A stretch of 64,000 nt of DNA from an uncultured Chloroflexia bacterium (GCA_963750275.1 CAVVQC010000005.1:756105-820104), one strand, 5' to 3'. Counted from the stretch's first letter, positions 47,740 through 57,796 are shown. Translations and numbers: made by a program. The notes: a model not told the origin generated them from the letters alone.

Positions 47740-47765
47740 GTGCGCGTTCCTTCGGGAACGCGCAC
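47740..47765 (+). terminator. GC-rich hairpin just after the SBP gene
   Basis: GTGCGCGTTCC-ttcg-GGAACGCGCAC forms a perfect 11-bp stem 15 nt after the stop at 47725. No U-tract follows. Confidence 0.45.
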
Positions 47766-47772
47766 CCAACCC

Positions 47773-47803
47773 GTCATCCCGACCGAAGCGGAGGGACCTC
47801 TCG
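47773..47803 (+). repeat. dispersed ~30-nt repeat, variant copy
   Basis: The sequence is GTCATCCCGACCGAAGCGGAGGGACCTCTCG. Confidence 0.55.
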
Positions 47804-47846
47804 TTGCCCAAAAGCAAGTTCAGAGGGGAAACACCGCTCGACGACT

Positions 47847-47877
47847 GTCATTCTGAACGCGTGAAGAATCTCTCTCG
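47847..47877 (+). repeat. dispersed ~30-nt repeat copy
   Basis: The sequence is GTCATTCTGAACGCGTGAAGAATCTCTCTCG. Confidence 0.7.
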
Positions 47878-47961
47878 TGGGCCCGAGGCCACCAAACAAC
47901 GCATGCGAAACCAGACTTCCCATTCAAACCATCCTTTCGAGGAAGCACCCGCTGCGGCGGG

Positions 47962-47986
47962 GAGATCCTTCGTGCCTCAGGATGAC
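47962..47986 (-). repeat. dispersed ~30-nt repeat copy, inverted orientation
   Basis: The reverse complement is GTCATCCTGAGGCACGAAGGATCTC. Confidence 0.65.
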
Positions 47987-48114
47987 AAATTGAGTGACAC
48001 GCGCCGGTTTCAGTCCCGGAGGGACTTCGTCCTGTCAGCCCGGGGTTTCAACCCCGGGGAACACGACAGCCCGGTCCCCACAGCTCTACCCGGCCACCAA
48101 ACAACGAGTCACCC

Positions 48115-49042
48115 ATGACCGTTATCACCCCAGAGCTCACCCAATCCCAATCCCCGCCACCGGTGCTCAAACAGAGTCACCGCGGCGAGAAGATCGGCTC
48201 TGCGCTCTTTCTTGCCCCCGCGGTTGCCTTTCTCCTGCTCACCTCGGTCTATCCGCTGATCTATTCCCTCTGGCTCAGCTTCCACTCCTGGAACATGACC
48301 ATCCCGAACAGCCAACCAGTCTGGATCGGAACCCGCAACTACGAACGCCTCTGGGACGATCCCGATTTCTGGAACGCCATCAAGGTCACGCTCATCTTCG
48401 TCACCGTCGCGGTTACGGTCGAGTTCATCTTCGGGATGGGACTTGCTTTGCTCGCGACCAGCCGCATCCGGGCCATGGGCTGGATCCGCACCATCATGCT
48501 CTTTCCGCTCATGCTCGCCCCGGTCGGTTGCCGGGGTGCTCTGGCGCACCCTCTTCCAATCGAGCTACGGCGTCATCAATTGGGCGATCGGACTGGTCGG
48601 CATCCCTCCACAAGAGTGGCTCGGCTCCCCCACCCAGGCGTTACCGGCGGTCATTACGGTCGAGGTCTGGCAAAACCTCCCGGTCGTCACCTTCATCCTG
48701 GCGGCGGGTATCCAGTCACTTCCGGTCGATCTCTACAAGGCCGCGCAAGTCGACGGCGCCTCCTCCTGGCAAATCTTCCGTCGCATCACCCTGCCACTCC
48801 TGAAACCGGTCATCCTGGTGCTTCTGCTGCTGCGCATCATGGACGCCTTCAAGGTCTTCGACATCGTTTTCACCATGACCTACGGCGGACCCGGGCAAAC
48901 CACTGAGCTCATGTCGATGCTCATCTACAAGACCGGTTTGCGCTTCTTCCAGATCGGACAGGCCAGCGCCATGTCCTGGGTCTTCCTGATCGCGATCTTC
49001 ATCATGTCGCTCTTCTTCATCCGGCGATTGGACAAGGAATGA
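48115..49042 (+). pseudogene. ABC transporter permease (MalF-like), one frameshift as assembled
   Basis: ORF 48115..48906 carries TM1-3 (..IMLFPLMLAPV). ORF 48443..49042 carries the rest (VAGVLWRTLFQSSYGVINW.., EAA loop YKAAQVDGASSWQIFRRITLPLL). The junction requires deleting one G in gtcGgttgcc (~48526). Confidence 0.85.
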
Positions 49043-49929
49043 GCGCCACGACCATCACCCCGGGGCAACCTGCCACCAGCGCAGGACCAAACTATCACCG
49101 TCGCCGGCGGATCGGCGCGATCCTGCTCTATCTGCTGACCATCGTCATCATGATCATCATTGCCTTTCCGATGTACTGGCTGATCACCACGTCGTTCAAG
49201 GTCCCGGCCGATACCACGGCAAACCCGCCCATCATCTTTCCGACCCGCTTCACCCTCGACAACTACGTCAATGCCTTCAAGACCGCCGGGGTCCAACGCG
49301 CGTTCGCCAATTCGATCATCGTGGCCATCGCGTCGACCTTCTTCACGACCCTGCTCGGCTCGATGGCCGCCTACGCACTGGCCAAGTCGTACCTCGCCTA
49401 TACGATCCGGCGCGGGTTGATGATCTGGATCCTGATCACCCGCATCTTCCCGCCAGTCACCACCGCCATTCCCTATTACGTGATCGTGCGCCGGTTGCAC
49501 CTGGGCGATACCCACATCGCACTGATCATCACCTACGTCGCTTACGGTCTTCCCTTCGTGATCTGGTTGATGCTCGGTTTCTTCCAGGACATGCCTTCCG
49601 AGATCGAAAAAGCCGCCATTGTCGACGGTTGCTCCTTCTGGCAGCGCTTCCGCCGCATCGTCCTGCCGCTGGCGCTGCCGGGGCTGGCGGTGACCTCGAT
49701 CTTTGCCTTCATCTATTCATGGAACGAGCTCCTCTATGCATCGATGCTCACCTCGTTCAATGCCAAGACGATTCCGGTTGTGGTCTCCGGGTTCATCTCC
49801 GATCAATTCCTGCGCTGGGGCGAAATGACCGCCATCGGCACATTGATGGTCATTCCCGTGCTGATCTTCGCGGCTGGCGCACAACGCTATCTCGTGCGCG
49901 GGCTCACCTTCGGCGCGGTCAAGGGGTAA
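49039..49929 (+). CDS. ABC transporter permease (MalG-like)
   Basis: It has 6 TM helices and the EAA loop EKAAIVDGCSFWQRFRRIVLPLA. It overlaps the previous gene by 4 nt. Confidence 0.85.
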   Translation: MSATTITPGQPATSAGPNYHRRRRIGAILLYLLTIVIMIIIAFPMYWLITTSFKVPADTTANPPIIFPTRFTLDNYVNAFKTAGVQRAFANSIIVAIASTFFTTLLGSMAAYALAKSYLAYTIRRGLMIWILITRIFPPVTTAIPYYVIVRRLHLGDTHIALIITYVAYGLPFVIWLMLGFFQDMPSEIEKAAIVDGCSFWQRFRRIVLPLALPGLAVTSIFAFIYSWNELLYASMLTSFNAKTIPVVVSGFISDQFLRWGEMTAIGTLMVIPVLIFAAGAQRYLVRGLTFGAVKG

Positions 49930-49937
49930 GAGAAACG

Positions 49938-51032
49938 ATGGCGAATATCCGCTTCGATCGGATCAGCAAGCGCTTTGGCAATCAACAGGCAGCGGCCGTC
50001 ATCGACCTCAACCTGGAGGTCCACGACAAAGAGCTACTCACCCTGGTCGGCCCTTCTGGCTGCGGCAAATCGACCACCCTGAACATGCTGGCCGGGCTGG
50101 AAGATCCGTCCGAAGGCCTGATCTACATCGACGACCGCGTCGTGAACGATGTTCCTCCCGGCGCGCGCGATATCGCCATGGTCTTCCAGAGCTACGCCCT
50201 CTATCCCCACATGACCGTCCGCCAGAACATTGGCTTCGGACTCGAAGTGCGGGGTGTGAAAAAGGCCGAGATTGCCCGCCGGGTGGACGACGCTGCCCAA
50301 CTCCTCGACATCGGACCGCTGCTCGACCGTCGCCCCAAAGAACTTTCCGGTGGACAGCGCCAACGGGTCGCCCTCGGCCGCGCCATCACCCGTGATCCCA
50401 AGGTCTTCCTGCTCGACGAACCTCTGAGTAACCTTGACGCCCAGCTCCGCACCCAGATGCGCGCCGAACTACGTCTCCTCTTCCGCCGCATCGAAGGCAC
50501 GGTCGTCTACGTCACCCACGACCAGGCCGAAGCCATGACGCTGAGCGACCGGCTGGTGGTCATGCGCAACGGATTGGTGCAGCAAGTTGGGACGCCACTC
50601 GAGGTTTACAGCAATCCCGTAAACATCTTCGTTGGCAAATTCCTTGGCAGCCCGAGCATGAATTTTATCGATGCGACCATCGAATCGGACCAGGGTGATG
50701 CGGTGCTGCGCACGGCGGGTGGAGCCGTGCCGGTGACACGGAGCATGGCCGGGAGCGACGAGCTAACTATCGGTCAACCATTGGTCATCGGAGTACGTCC
50801 CGAGGACATCGTGATTTCCCCGGGTCATGGCGATGGATTGGACGCGACCGTCGAAGTCATCGAATCGATGGGCGCATCCAATGTGGTCTACGTCCGGTTG
50901 GCCGGCACACGCGTCGCGGTGACCACCGGTCCAACCTTTACCTCCAGCTACGATGCGCCCGTCAGCCTGAGCCTCGACATGGAAAAAGTGCACCTCTTCG
51001 ACCCGGTTTCGGAACAAGCGCTTACACGCTAG
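49938..51032 (+). CDS. ABC transporter ATP-binding protein (MalK/UgpC-like)
   Basis: The sequence begins MANIRFDRISKRFG. Walker A is GPSGCGKST, the signature is LSGGQRQRVALGRA and Walker B is VFLLDEPLSNLD. A MalK-type C-terminal regulatory domain is present. Confidence 0.9.
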   Translation: MANIRFDRISKRFGNQQAAAVIDLNLEVHDKELLTLVGPSGCGKSTTLNMLAGLEDPSEGLIYIDDRVVNDVPPGARDIAMVFQSYALYPHMTVRQNIGFGLEVRGVKKAEIARRVDDAAQLLDIGPLLDRRPKELSGGQRQRVALGRAITRDPKVFLLDEPLSNLDAQLRTQMRAELRLLFRRIEGTVVYVTHDQAEAMTLSDRLVVMRNGLVQQVGTPLEVYSNPVNIFVGKFLGSPSMNFIDATIESDQGDAVLRTAGGAVPVTRSMAGSDELTIGQPLVIGVRPEDIVISPGHGDGLDATVEVIESMGASNVVYVRLAGTRVAVTTGPTFTSSYDAPVSLSLDMEKVHLFDPVSEQALTR

Positions 51033-51053
51033 GCAGCTTCCATGACGTGTCGG

Positions 51054-52163
51054 TCAGGTGCGTTTGCCGCGTGCCAGCACCGGCCAGACAACCTCGACCC
51101 GCCCGTCCCGTATGCCGATCAATTCATCGCTCAGATTCACCGTTGTGCAAACGTGATTCGGAATAAATCTCAGCCGATCCCCCACGACCGGCGCGAACCC
51201 CGGCCCAAGCCTGACCATACCGTGCTCTTCATTCATCGCCTCGATATGCGCATCGGCGCCGACGGCCCGCCCATAGCCGACTAACCCCAACACTCCCGGT
51301 GCAACGTCCCCGGAAAAGGTCTTGGATCCTCCGTCGATCGTGGCCCGTTCCGGCAGGGGCCGGCTGACGACTGTGCACAGGATATTTGCCGCGATCTCGT
51401 CATCGACGACCGCTCCCCAGGCCACGGACAGTGCATCGCCGAAGACGTAGGTGCCAGAACGAACTTCGGTCACACCGGGCACCAGCGCCGCCGCCCGCGC
51501 TGTCGGCGTCGAGCCAACTGCGACCGTGCGAATTGGCAATCCTGCCGCGCGCAATTGCTCCGCAAGCTGGACCATCAGCTCACCCTCTTCGCGGCCGAGC
51601 TCCTCGGGAGTGCGTCCCGCCGCGCCAGGAAAGCCGGTCGAACGATACCCAGTGATCCCATCCAGCTCGAGTCCGGGCAGCTCCATGACGAGGTGGCCCA
51701 ACGCTTCTGCGTCCTCGGGCAGCACTCCGCAGCGATGCGCGCCAATGTCAATTTCCAGATGAACCCGGATCACACTCCCGGCGGCGGCGGCTGCCGCGCT
51801 GAGCCCACGGGCCGCAAGCTCATTTTCGACATTGACCGTGATCGTGCATGTGCGCGCAAGCTCGGCCAGTCGTTGCCACTTCATCTCGCCGAAGACTGGA
51901 TAGGCAACGACAATATCTTGAAATCCGGCCGCGGCGAAAACCTCGGCTTCGGCCACTTTGGCGACCGCCAATCCAACAGCGCCGGCCTCGAGCTGCATGG
52001 CAGCGATGGCGGGCGACTTATGCGTCTTGATATGCGGGCGAAAATCTACTCCGGCCTCATCGACGGCCCGCTGCCAACGCCGTATGTTCGCTTCCATACG
52101 ATCGAGATCGACCAGCAGCGCTGGCGTTTCGATGTTCGACTGCGGGCTTCCGAGCTCCGGCAT
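51054..52163 (-). CDS. D-TA-family PLP enzyme (alanine-racemase-fold; D-threonine aldolase / D-serine dehydratase-like)
   Basis: Blocks: TPALLVDLDRMEANIRR, the PLP-Lys region FRPHIKTHKSP, and GLAVAKVAEAEVF. The likely start is ATG 52163, because GGAGG lies within the first codons of the longer ORF. Confidence 0.75.
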   Translation of the reverse strand: MPELGSPQSNIETPALLVDLDRMEANIRRWQRAVDEAGVDFRPHIKTHKSPAIAAMQLEAGAVGLAVAKVAEAEVFAAAGFQDIVVAYPVFGEMKWQRLAELARTCTITVNVENELAARGLSAAAAAAGSVIRVHLEIDIGAHRCGVLPEDAEALGHLVMELPGLELDGITGYRSTGFPGAAGRTPEELGREEGELMVQLAEQLRAAGLPIRTVAVGSTPTARAAALVPGVTEVRSGTYVFGDALSVAWGAVVDDEIAANILCTVVSRPLPERATIDGGSKTFSGDVAPGVLGLVGYGRAVGADAHIEAMNEEHGMVRLGPGFAPVVGDRLRFIPNHVCTTVNLSDELIGIRDGRVEVVWPVLARGKRT

Positions 52164-52588
52164 ACCGACCTCCATTTACGGCCGGGCGTACCACTCGGCA
52201 ACGATCGCCCGGCCACCCATCTCCCAAACTCAGGGCACCGAGTTGTGCCTAGGATAGACCACACCGCGACACATCGGACGGAGCCTCCAGTGAATCTTCA
52301 CTACCATCAGTCCAGCAAGACCACCGCCTTCGACGACCCGGTGCCACGCATTGCAAGACCCCCCGTTTCAATCCTCAGGCAGAGACTATGCTCTCGATCT
52401 GGAGGAGTCGATTGACGTTGCGCGCACTCCACAGCTGCCCGCGGGAGCCAGATCGAAACGATCCTCCAGAACCAGAATGTGTGGGAGGATAATTTTCCAT
52501 AACAACAATTCCGAGTACACTGAGCTGCGCCATCACAATCCGTCGCCCGGCAGCAAGTCGCTGTGCAGCACGGCTTGCCCGGTATCGA

Positions 52589-52897
52589 TTGGACTCGAAC
52601 ATGTTGCTCCAGGAACTTGGAAACCGAATCAAGCGAACCCTTTCCCCGAGCTCCGCGAGTACCCCCGAAAAGCAGGAACAGACTGCGTCGATCTCGAGAC
52701 AAGACCGGGCAGGATCCATCACACAACTGCAAGGTGACGTGACCCGGCTGCAACATGAGATCGCCGATCTTAGTGTCAGCTCAGACAGCGGTGCGTCTGG
52801 CGTGGATACCGCCGCCGCCAGCAAACAAATGGACGCACTTCAGCAGGAATTGGAGCAGACGCAGCACTCGCTCGCGAAGCTTCAGGGTCGCGTCTAA
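52589..52897 (+). CDS. hypothetical small coiled-coil protein (doubtful)
   Basis: Heptad-like sequence: LQGDVTRLQHEIADL ... MDALQQELEQTQHSLAKLQGRV. It is the only plausible ORF in a ~1-kb gene-poor stretch. There is no RBS evidence and the listed start is TTG. Confidence 0.3.
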   Translation: MDSNMLLQELGNRIKRTLSPSSASTPEKQEQTASISRQDRAGSITQLQGDVTRLQHEIADLSVSSDSGASGVDTAAASKQMDALQQELEQTQHSLAKLQGRV

Positions 52898-53159
52898 CCA
52901 GGCGCGCCTTACCCTTGAATACGACGGGAATGAACTGTCGCCAGCATAGTCATAGGCGATTCCACGCTCTGAGCCTCATCGTCGGGTTTGCACCGCTGTT
53001 TCATCTCCCCCGCAAACCTCGAAGCAGACCGCCCACGGCAAGGATCATCCCCCCTCTCGCTCGCTTTCTGATCTCACCGACCCTGGGTTGCGTACTCCAT
53101 AACGGTAGAGTTGCGCGTTTGGAACGTTGCTCTAAGATGGAATCGGAGGGTTTTGCGGA

Positions 53160-53954
53160 TTGGATTCGGTTTCTCGCTTGCTCATACGGTCGGACCAGGA
53201 TGAATCCTCGGTGTTCGTGGTCGACAACCTCCTTCGCGAGGCTCGGCGGCAGCTCGGACGGCCAGACGGCACTGTGCCCCGTGTCTGCGTGCTCGATCCC
53301 GATGGCGACCTGGTCCGGTACCTTTGCCAGCACCAACGAGCAAAAGCCTCGCCAGTCTGGGCGTGCTATCACACCGAGCTGCACGAGTTCGATACGTCGC
53401 AAGGCCCGATCGGCGTCGTCGGATGCGCAGTCGGCGCGCCCTTTGCCGTTCTCGTTGCCGAAGAGATGTTCGCCTCTGGCTGCGAGCTCCTGATCAGCCT
53501 CACCTCAGCCGGTCAAATCGCTACCTGGATCCCCGAGTCCTGCATTATCGTGATCGACCGGGCACTCCGGGGTGAAGGCACCAGCCAGGCCTACCTGCCG
53601 CCAGAAGCGGACATCTGCGCCGATCCTGGTCTGGTGAAGATGGCCATGGCAGCACTCAGCGGTTTGGAAACCCCGGTACTGCAGGGGACGACATGGACCA
53701 CTGATGCCCCCTTTCGCGAAACCAGCACCGCCATAGCGCGCGCCGCCGAGGAGGGAGCGCTGGCGGTGGAAATGGAAGCAGCGGCACTCTATGCGTTCGC
53801 CCAGACGAGTCAGTCGAACATCCTGTGCCTCGCGCACGTGACGAACAGCATGGCCGTGACCGCCGGAGATTTCGAAAAAGGTGCCAGCAACGGCGCCGAA
53901 CAGGCGCTTGCAATCGTCGACCTGCTGGCGTCTGCGTTTTATTCACGACCGTAA
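53160..53954 (+). CDS. nucleoside phosphorylase family protein (PNP_UDP_1-like)
   Basis: Blocks: VVGCAVGAPFAVLVAEEMFASGCELLISLTSAGQI and ALAVEMEAAALYAFA (the EMEsAAL-type motif). Confidence 0.7.
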   Translation: MDSVSRLLIRSDQDESSVFVVDNLLREARRQLGRPDGTVPRVCVLDPDGDLVRYLCQHQRAKASPVWACYHTELHEFDTSQGPIGVVGCAVGAPFAVLVAEEMFASGCELLISLTSAGQIATWIPESCIIVIDRALRGEGTSQAYLPPEADICADPGLVKMAMAALSGLETPVLQGTTWTTDAPFRETSTAIARAAEEGALAVEMEAAALYAFAQTSQSNILCLAHVTNSMAVTAGDFEKGASNGAEQALAIVDLLASAFYSRP

Positions 53955-53968
53955 CGATCGGAGATGGC

Positions 53969-54559
53969 ATGACAGCACAATCAGACATCCAACCAACCAC
54001 ACCTCCTGTCAAAGAGGACCTGATCGATGGCGATCTCTTCGCCAAAGGCATGGCTGCCCTGCGCATCTTTTTTGGCGTGATCCTCCTGATGAACGGTCTT
54101 GCGAAAGTCGATTCCAGCCTGGGCCGGATCGATGTCGGCTGGTACCACGGAAATCTCATCACGCAGAACGGCGCGCGAGGGATTTTGAACTTCGAAGTCA
54201 ACGACCGGCAAGTCCGAAAGGGCGCGCCGAAAGGCACCAAGGTTCCAGGCGTGAGCTGGGTCACGAACAAGGTCATTCTCGAGCACTGGGATATTTTCAA
54301 ATGGCTCATCACGTTCACCGAGTTGACCGTGGGAGCGCTGCTCATCCTGGGATTGACGACGCGACTGGCGGCACTGATCGACTTGCTCTTTCAGCTCTTC
54401 CTCGCCGCCGTCTATTTTTCCAGCAACCGCTGGATGTTCGAGCAACCACACGAATATGTGCCCCTGATCATCCTGGCGTTGGTTCCGGCCGGACGCATGT
54501 GGGGCCTGGATCGAATCATCATCCGGCACAAACCGTCGCTGATGAGATGGCCCTTCTAG
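53969..54559 (+). CDS. DoxX-family membrane protein
   Basis: Start ATG 53969 (GGAGA RBS). It has four TM helices, including ALRIFFGVILLMNGLAK and LTVGALLILGLTTRLAALIDLLF. Confidence 0.65.
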   Translation: MTAQSDIQPTTPPVKEDLIDGDLFAKGMAALRIFFGVILLMNGLAKVDSSLGRIDVGWYHGNLITQNGARGILNFEVNDRQVRKGAPKGTKVPGVSWVTNKVILEHWDIFKWLITFTELTVGALLILGLTTRLAALIDLLFQLFLAAVYFSSNRWMFEQPHEYVPLIILALVPAGRMWGLDRIIIRHKPSLMRWPF

Positions 54560-54817
54560 CGATGAACCCACTCGCGGAGAAATCCATCCTCCGTGGCGCT
54601 CCTTCACCGCTTCGAAATCTCATCGTAGAAGCGGTTGAGGATGCTCCTATTGCGAAACTCCGAGAAAGCAGCCGCTCTCGACTGACGCAAATGAAGGTGA
54701 ACGCTTGTGCGGGCATCCTATGCCAGCCGGTGGGAATCCACGAAGTACTGACCCCATTCCCACACTCTGGGTTCCCACGTTGGCAGACCATTTCCCAGTA
54801 AGGAAAGGTGCAGAGTC

Positions 54818-57796
54818 ATGACTGGAAAAGAATCGCGCGATCTTTGGGGCAATTCCCATTGTTCGTCGAACGTGAACGTCGATGCTGATCCCGACTCTTC
54901 GAGGACCGTAAATCGGCGCGCGCTCATGAAATCGGCGATTGCTGGCGCAGCTGGTCTCAACATCATCGCAGCCGCGTCGATCAAAGCCGCTGGCCAAACA
55001 CCCACGGCGAGCCCCGTCCCCATTCAAACTCCAGAAGCGCTTACCGCGCTTGCGTCCGACTCAGTCGAGACGTGGGGAGAACCATGGATCTGGCGGCCAT
55101 CGGACTGGCCGGGGCAGTCTCTGGAGCTCAACGTCGTCGAAAACGAAAATCCTGGGTTCATCGTCGGCTATGGAAATCCCAGCGCCATTCTCTTCTCCTA
55201 TGGAGGTATGACACCAGGTCCCACTATCCGGATGAAGGGCGACGAGATCCTGTATGTACGATTGCGAAATCTGTTGGGCCGAAACTATGGGACCACTACC
55301 GTCGGACCCTATCCCGATCCAAAAGCACTACCGCCATGGGTGAAACCAGCCGACACATTGGCCAAGGCCACCGAGCTGGGCCATGTTGGGAAGGACTTTT
55401 GTCTTGGTGAGCATACAAATGGAGTGCATTCCGCCCGTGTGACGAACCTCCACACCCACGGCCTTCACGTGAAACCAGGCAGGAACTCGGACGGCACGCA
55501 CTCGGACAATGTGATCTTGCGGTTGATCGATGAAGACGACCTCGACTTGCGCGAAGCCAATGCCGATAGCCCCTTTTGCGCCTGGCTGCAAAATCCGAAT
55601 CAGACCTCATACCTTCAACACGACGAGCAGACGGGCTACGCCGACTATGAATTCCGCATTGGCAACGTACAGGCGGATCTCATGGATCGTCTTGGACTTC
55701 CCCCGCAGCCGCACCCTCCCGGCACGCACTGGTATCACCCACATTGTCACGGCGCCACCCATAACCAGGTCGCCAGCGGGATGGCTGGATTCCTGATCGT
55801 TGAAGGTGATGTGGACGAGGCGATCAATCTGGCCCTGACCGGAGATCGAAATCCAGATCCTCAAATGCGAACCGGTGAGTATGACTACATGGAACGAGTC
55901 ATGTTCATTCAACGCGTTTTCAATCTCTCCGCCGATCCGGATGCTCCGACTAAAGATTTGAAGCAAGGAGGGGCCGCATATCCTCTTATCAACGGCGATC
56001 AAAATCCAGACACAATCACCATGCGCCCCGGTGCCATCGAGCGCTGGCGAGTGCTCAATGGCAGTGTCGACGGTCAGGGCTTTATTCGCTTCATGGTGCT
56101 CAAGGGACAATACGCGGTCGATGAAAGCGCAACGCAGAATGGTGAAACAACACAACTCGTCAAATTGACCGACCCGAGTTCCCAAACGTTCACGCCAGCC
56201 ACCCAGGCAGATTTCTCCGGTGACCATCAGCAGCTTTATCAACTGTCCTTCGACGGTGTCACCCTCGTCACCGGCGAAGGCACTGACGCGTCGTATACGA
56301 TCAAAGACCTTTCGACCCAGAACCCAGGCACCGAAAATCCGCTTGATCGCGATCTCACCGGAAATCCCAACCAGGCCATGCTGGCCAATCTCGAAGATGC
56401 GTTCGCCAGTGCTGAGGGAATTCGCAACTGCTTCGTCCGCCCAAATGAGGTCTATATGGCGACGGCCAACAGGACCGACGTGCTATTCCAGGCCCCTCGA
56501 TTGTCAGAACCAGGCACGTCCGAGATCTACACGATCCTGGCCAAAGCTGTCGTAGTCCATTCGGACATCTACCAGAACGCACTGCAATCGAATATCACGG
56601 CCCCCGAGCTGGCTCCACCGCCCGAAGATGTCGTCGTGGGATATGTGATTGTCCGCGACGAAACGGATGAACGTGGCAATCAGTTGCCTTCGATTCCTGA
56701 CTTCGACGTGATGAGCCTGGTCGATGTCCTTCCGGAATTACCGGCCTACCATCGCCCGGTGAATGATCAGGAGGTACGCATCAATGAGGCTGCCGCCAGC
56801 CTTCCAGCCGATCCCGACAGCCAGATCGAGGGCCGTGCCGGCAAGTTCCGCACCCGGACCATTACCTATTCTGGCTGGGGCGCGGCGGACTTCCCGCTCG
56901 TCACGACCGCCGGTACTGACGAAACGGCCACGAACTTTCGAGCATTTGTCGAGCGTGACCAGGCGAACGGGGGACACTTGGAAACGCTCCGTTACGCCCG
57001 TATCCCTGATTCCGAGGACTACGTACTCCTGGCGCCCAACATCCGCACCATGGCGATCGCAGGCTCTGCGTCCAGCGAAATCGTAGACGCGTCCGACGAG
57101 CTCTTCCCGCTCCGGGCCAACATGTCTCGAAAATTCGACCCCAACGACCCGCTGCGCCCCATCATGCTCGAAAACACAGCTGAGGAATGGGCGCTCTACA
57201 ACTACTCGATGACCTTATGGGCTGACACCAGCGAAACCCCGCTCGGGCAAAGTGGCGGGCACTATCCTGGCCAGCCGCTCCTGCGCAAGGACGGCCAGGG
57301 ACTCTTCGATCAGCAACCTGTCGATGCCAAGACATGGGCGATCGTATCCAAGAGCGTCGATCATCCATTCCACATCCATCAGAATCCAGTCTGGGTCATG
57401 CGGCTGGAAGTTCCCGATCAGAACGGAAACTTTGTCAATATCCTGGACGAGCCTCGCTGGCAAGATGTGGTCTGGATCCCGCGTAATGGGGGCCGGGCAA
57501 TCGTCCGCTCACGCTTCCCCGATTACATCGGCGTCTTTGTCGATCATTGCCACATTCTCCTGCATGAGGACAATGGAATGATGCAAGCGATCGAAATCAC
57601 ACCGTTCGCCGACCAGGCCAACTACGAAATGAAAGACGTGGTCGCGTCGGGCTCGGCGTCACCCGAACAGATTTCCGAGATCTATCCCAGGCTCAGTCAG
57701 GCTGACGCCTGGAGACAGAGCATGCAGTTCGTCGATCCAAATCTCGCCACCGGTCAGACCTACCCCGGATTTATCCTGGGCCAACCACCGTCGTAG
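54818..57796 (+). CDS. Tat-exported multicopper oxidase, unusually large (992 aa)
   Basis: Tat signal: NRRALMKSAIAGAAGLNIIAAAS. All four MCO copper motifs are present: NLHTHGLHV, HWYHPHCHG, DHPFHIHQNP and DHCHILLHEDNGMM. About 450 aa of extra sequence lies between motifs 2 and 3. Confidence 0.85.
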   Translation: MTGKESRDLWGNSHCSSNVNVDADPDSSRTVNRRALMKSAIAGAAGLNIIAAASIKAAGQTPTASPVPIQTPEALTALASDSVETWGEPWIWRPSDWPGQSLELNVVENENPGFIVGYGNPSAILFSYGGMTPGPTIRMKGDEILYVRLRNLLGRNYGTTTVGPYPDPKALPPWVKPADTLAKATELGHVGKDFCLGEHTNGVHSARVTNLHTHGLHVKPGRNSDGTHSDNVILRLIDEDDLDLREANADSPFCAWLQNPNQTSYLQHDEQTGYADYEFRIGNVQADLMDRLGLPPQPHPPGTHWYHPHCHGATHNQVASGMAGFLIVEGDVDEAINLALTGDRNPDPQMRTGEYDYMERVMFIQRVFNLSADPDAPTKDLKQGGAAYPLINGDQNPDTITMRPGAIERWRVLNGSVDGQGFIRFMVLKGQYAVDESATQNGETTQLVKLTDPSSQTFTPATQADFSGDHQQLYQLSFDGVTLVTGEGTDASYTIKDLSTQNPGTENPLDRDLTGNPNQAMLANLEDAFASAEGIRNCFVRPNEVYMATANRTDVLFQAPRLSEPGTSEIYTILAKAVVVHSDIYQNALQSNITAPELAPPPEDVVVGYVIVRDETDERGNQLPSIPDFDVMSLVDVLPELPAYHRPVNDQEVRINEAAASLPADPDSQIEGRAGKFRTRTITYSGWGAADFPLVTTAGTDETATNFRAFVERDQANGGHLETLRYARIPDSEDYVLLAPNIRTMAIAGSASSEIVDASDELFPLRANMSRKFDPNDPLRPIMLENTAEEWALYNYSMTLWADTSETPLGQSGGHYPGQPLLRKDGQGLFDQQPVDAKTWAIVSKSVDHPFHIHQNPVWVMRLEVPDQNGNFVNILDEPRWQDVVWIPRNGGRAIVRSRFPDYIGVFVDHCHILLHEDNGMMQAIEITPFADQANYEMKDVVASGSASPEQISEIYPRLSQADAWRQSMQFVDPNLATGQTYPGFILGQPPS

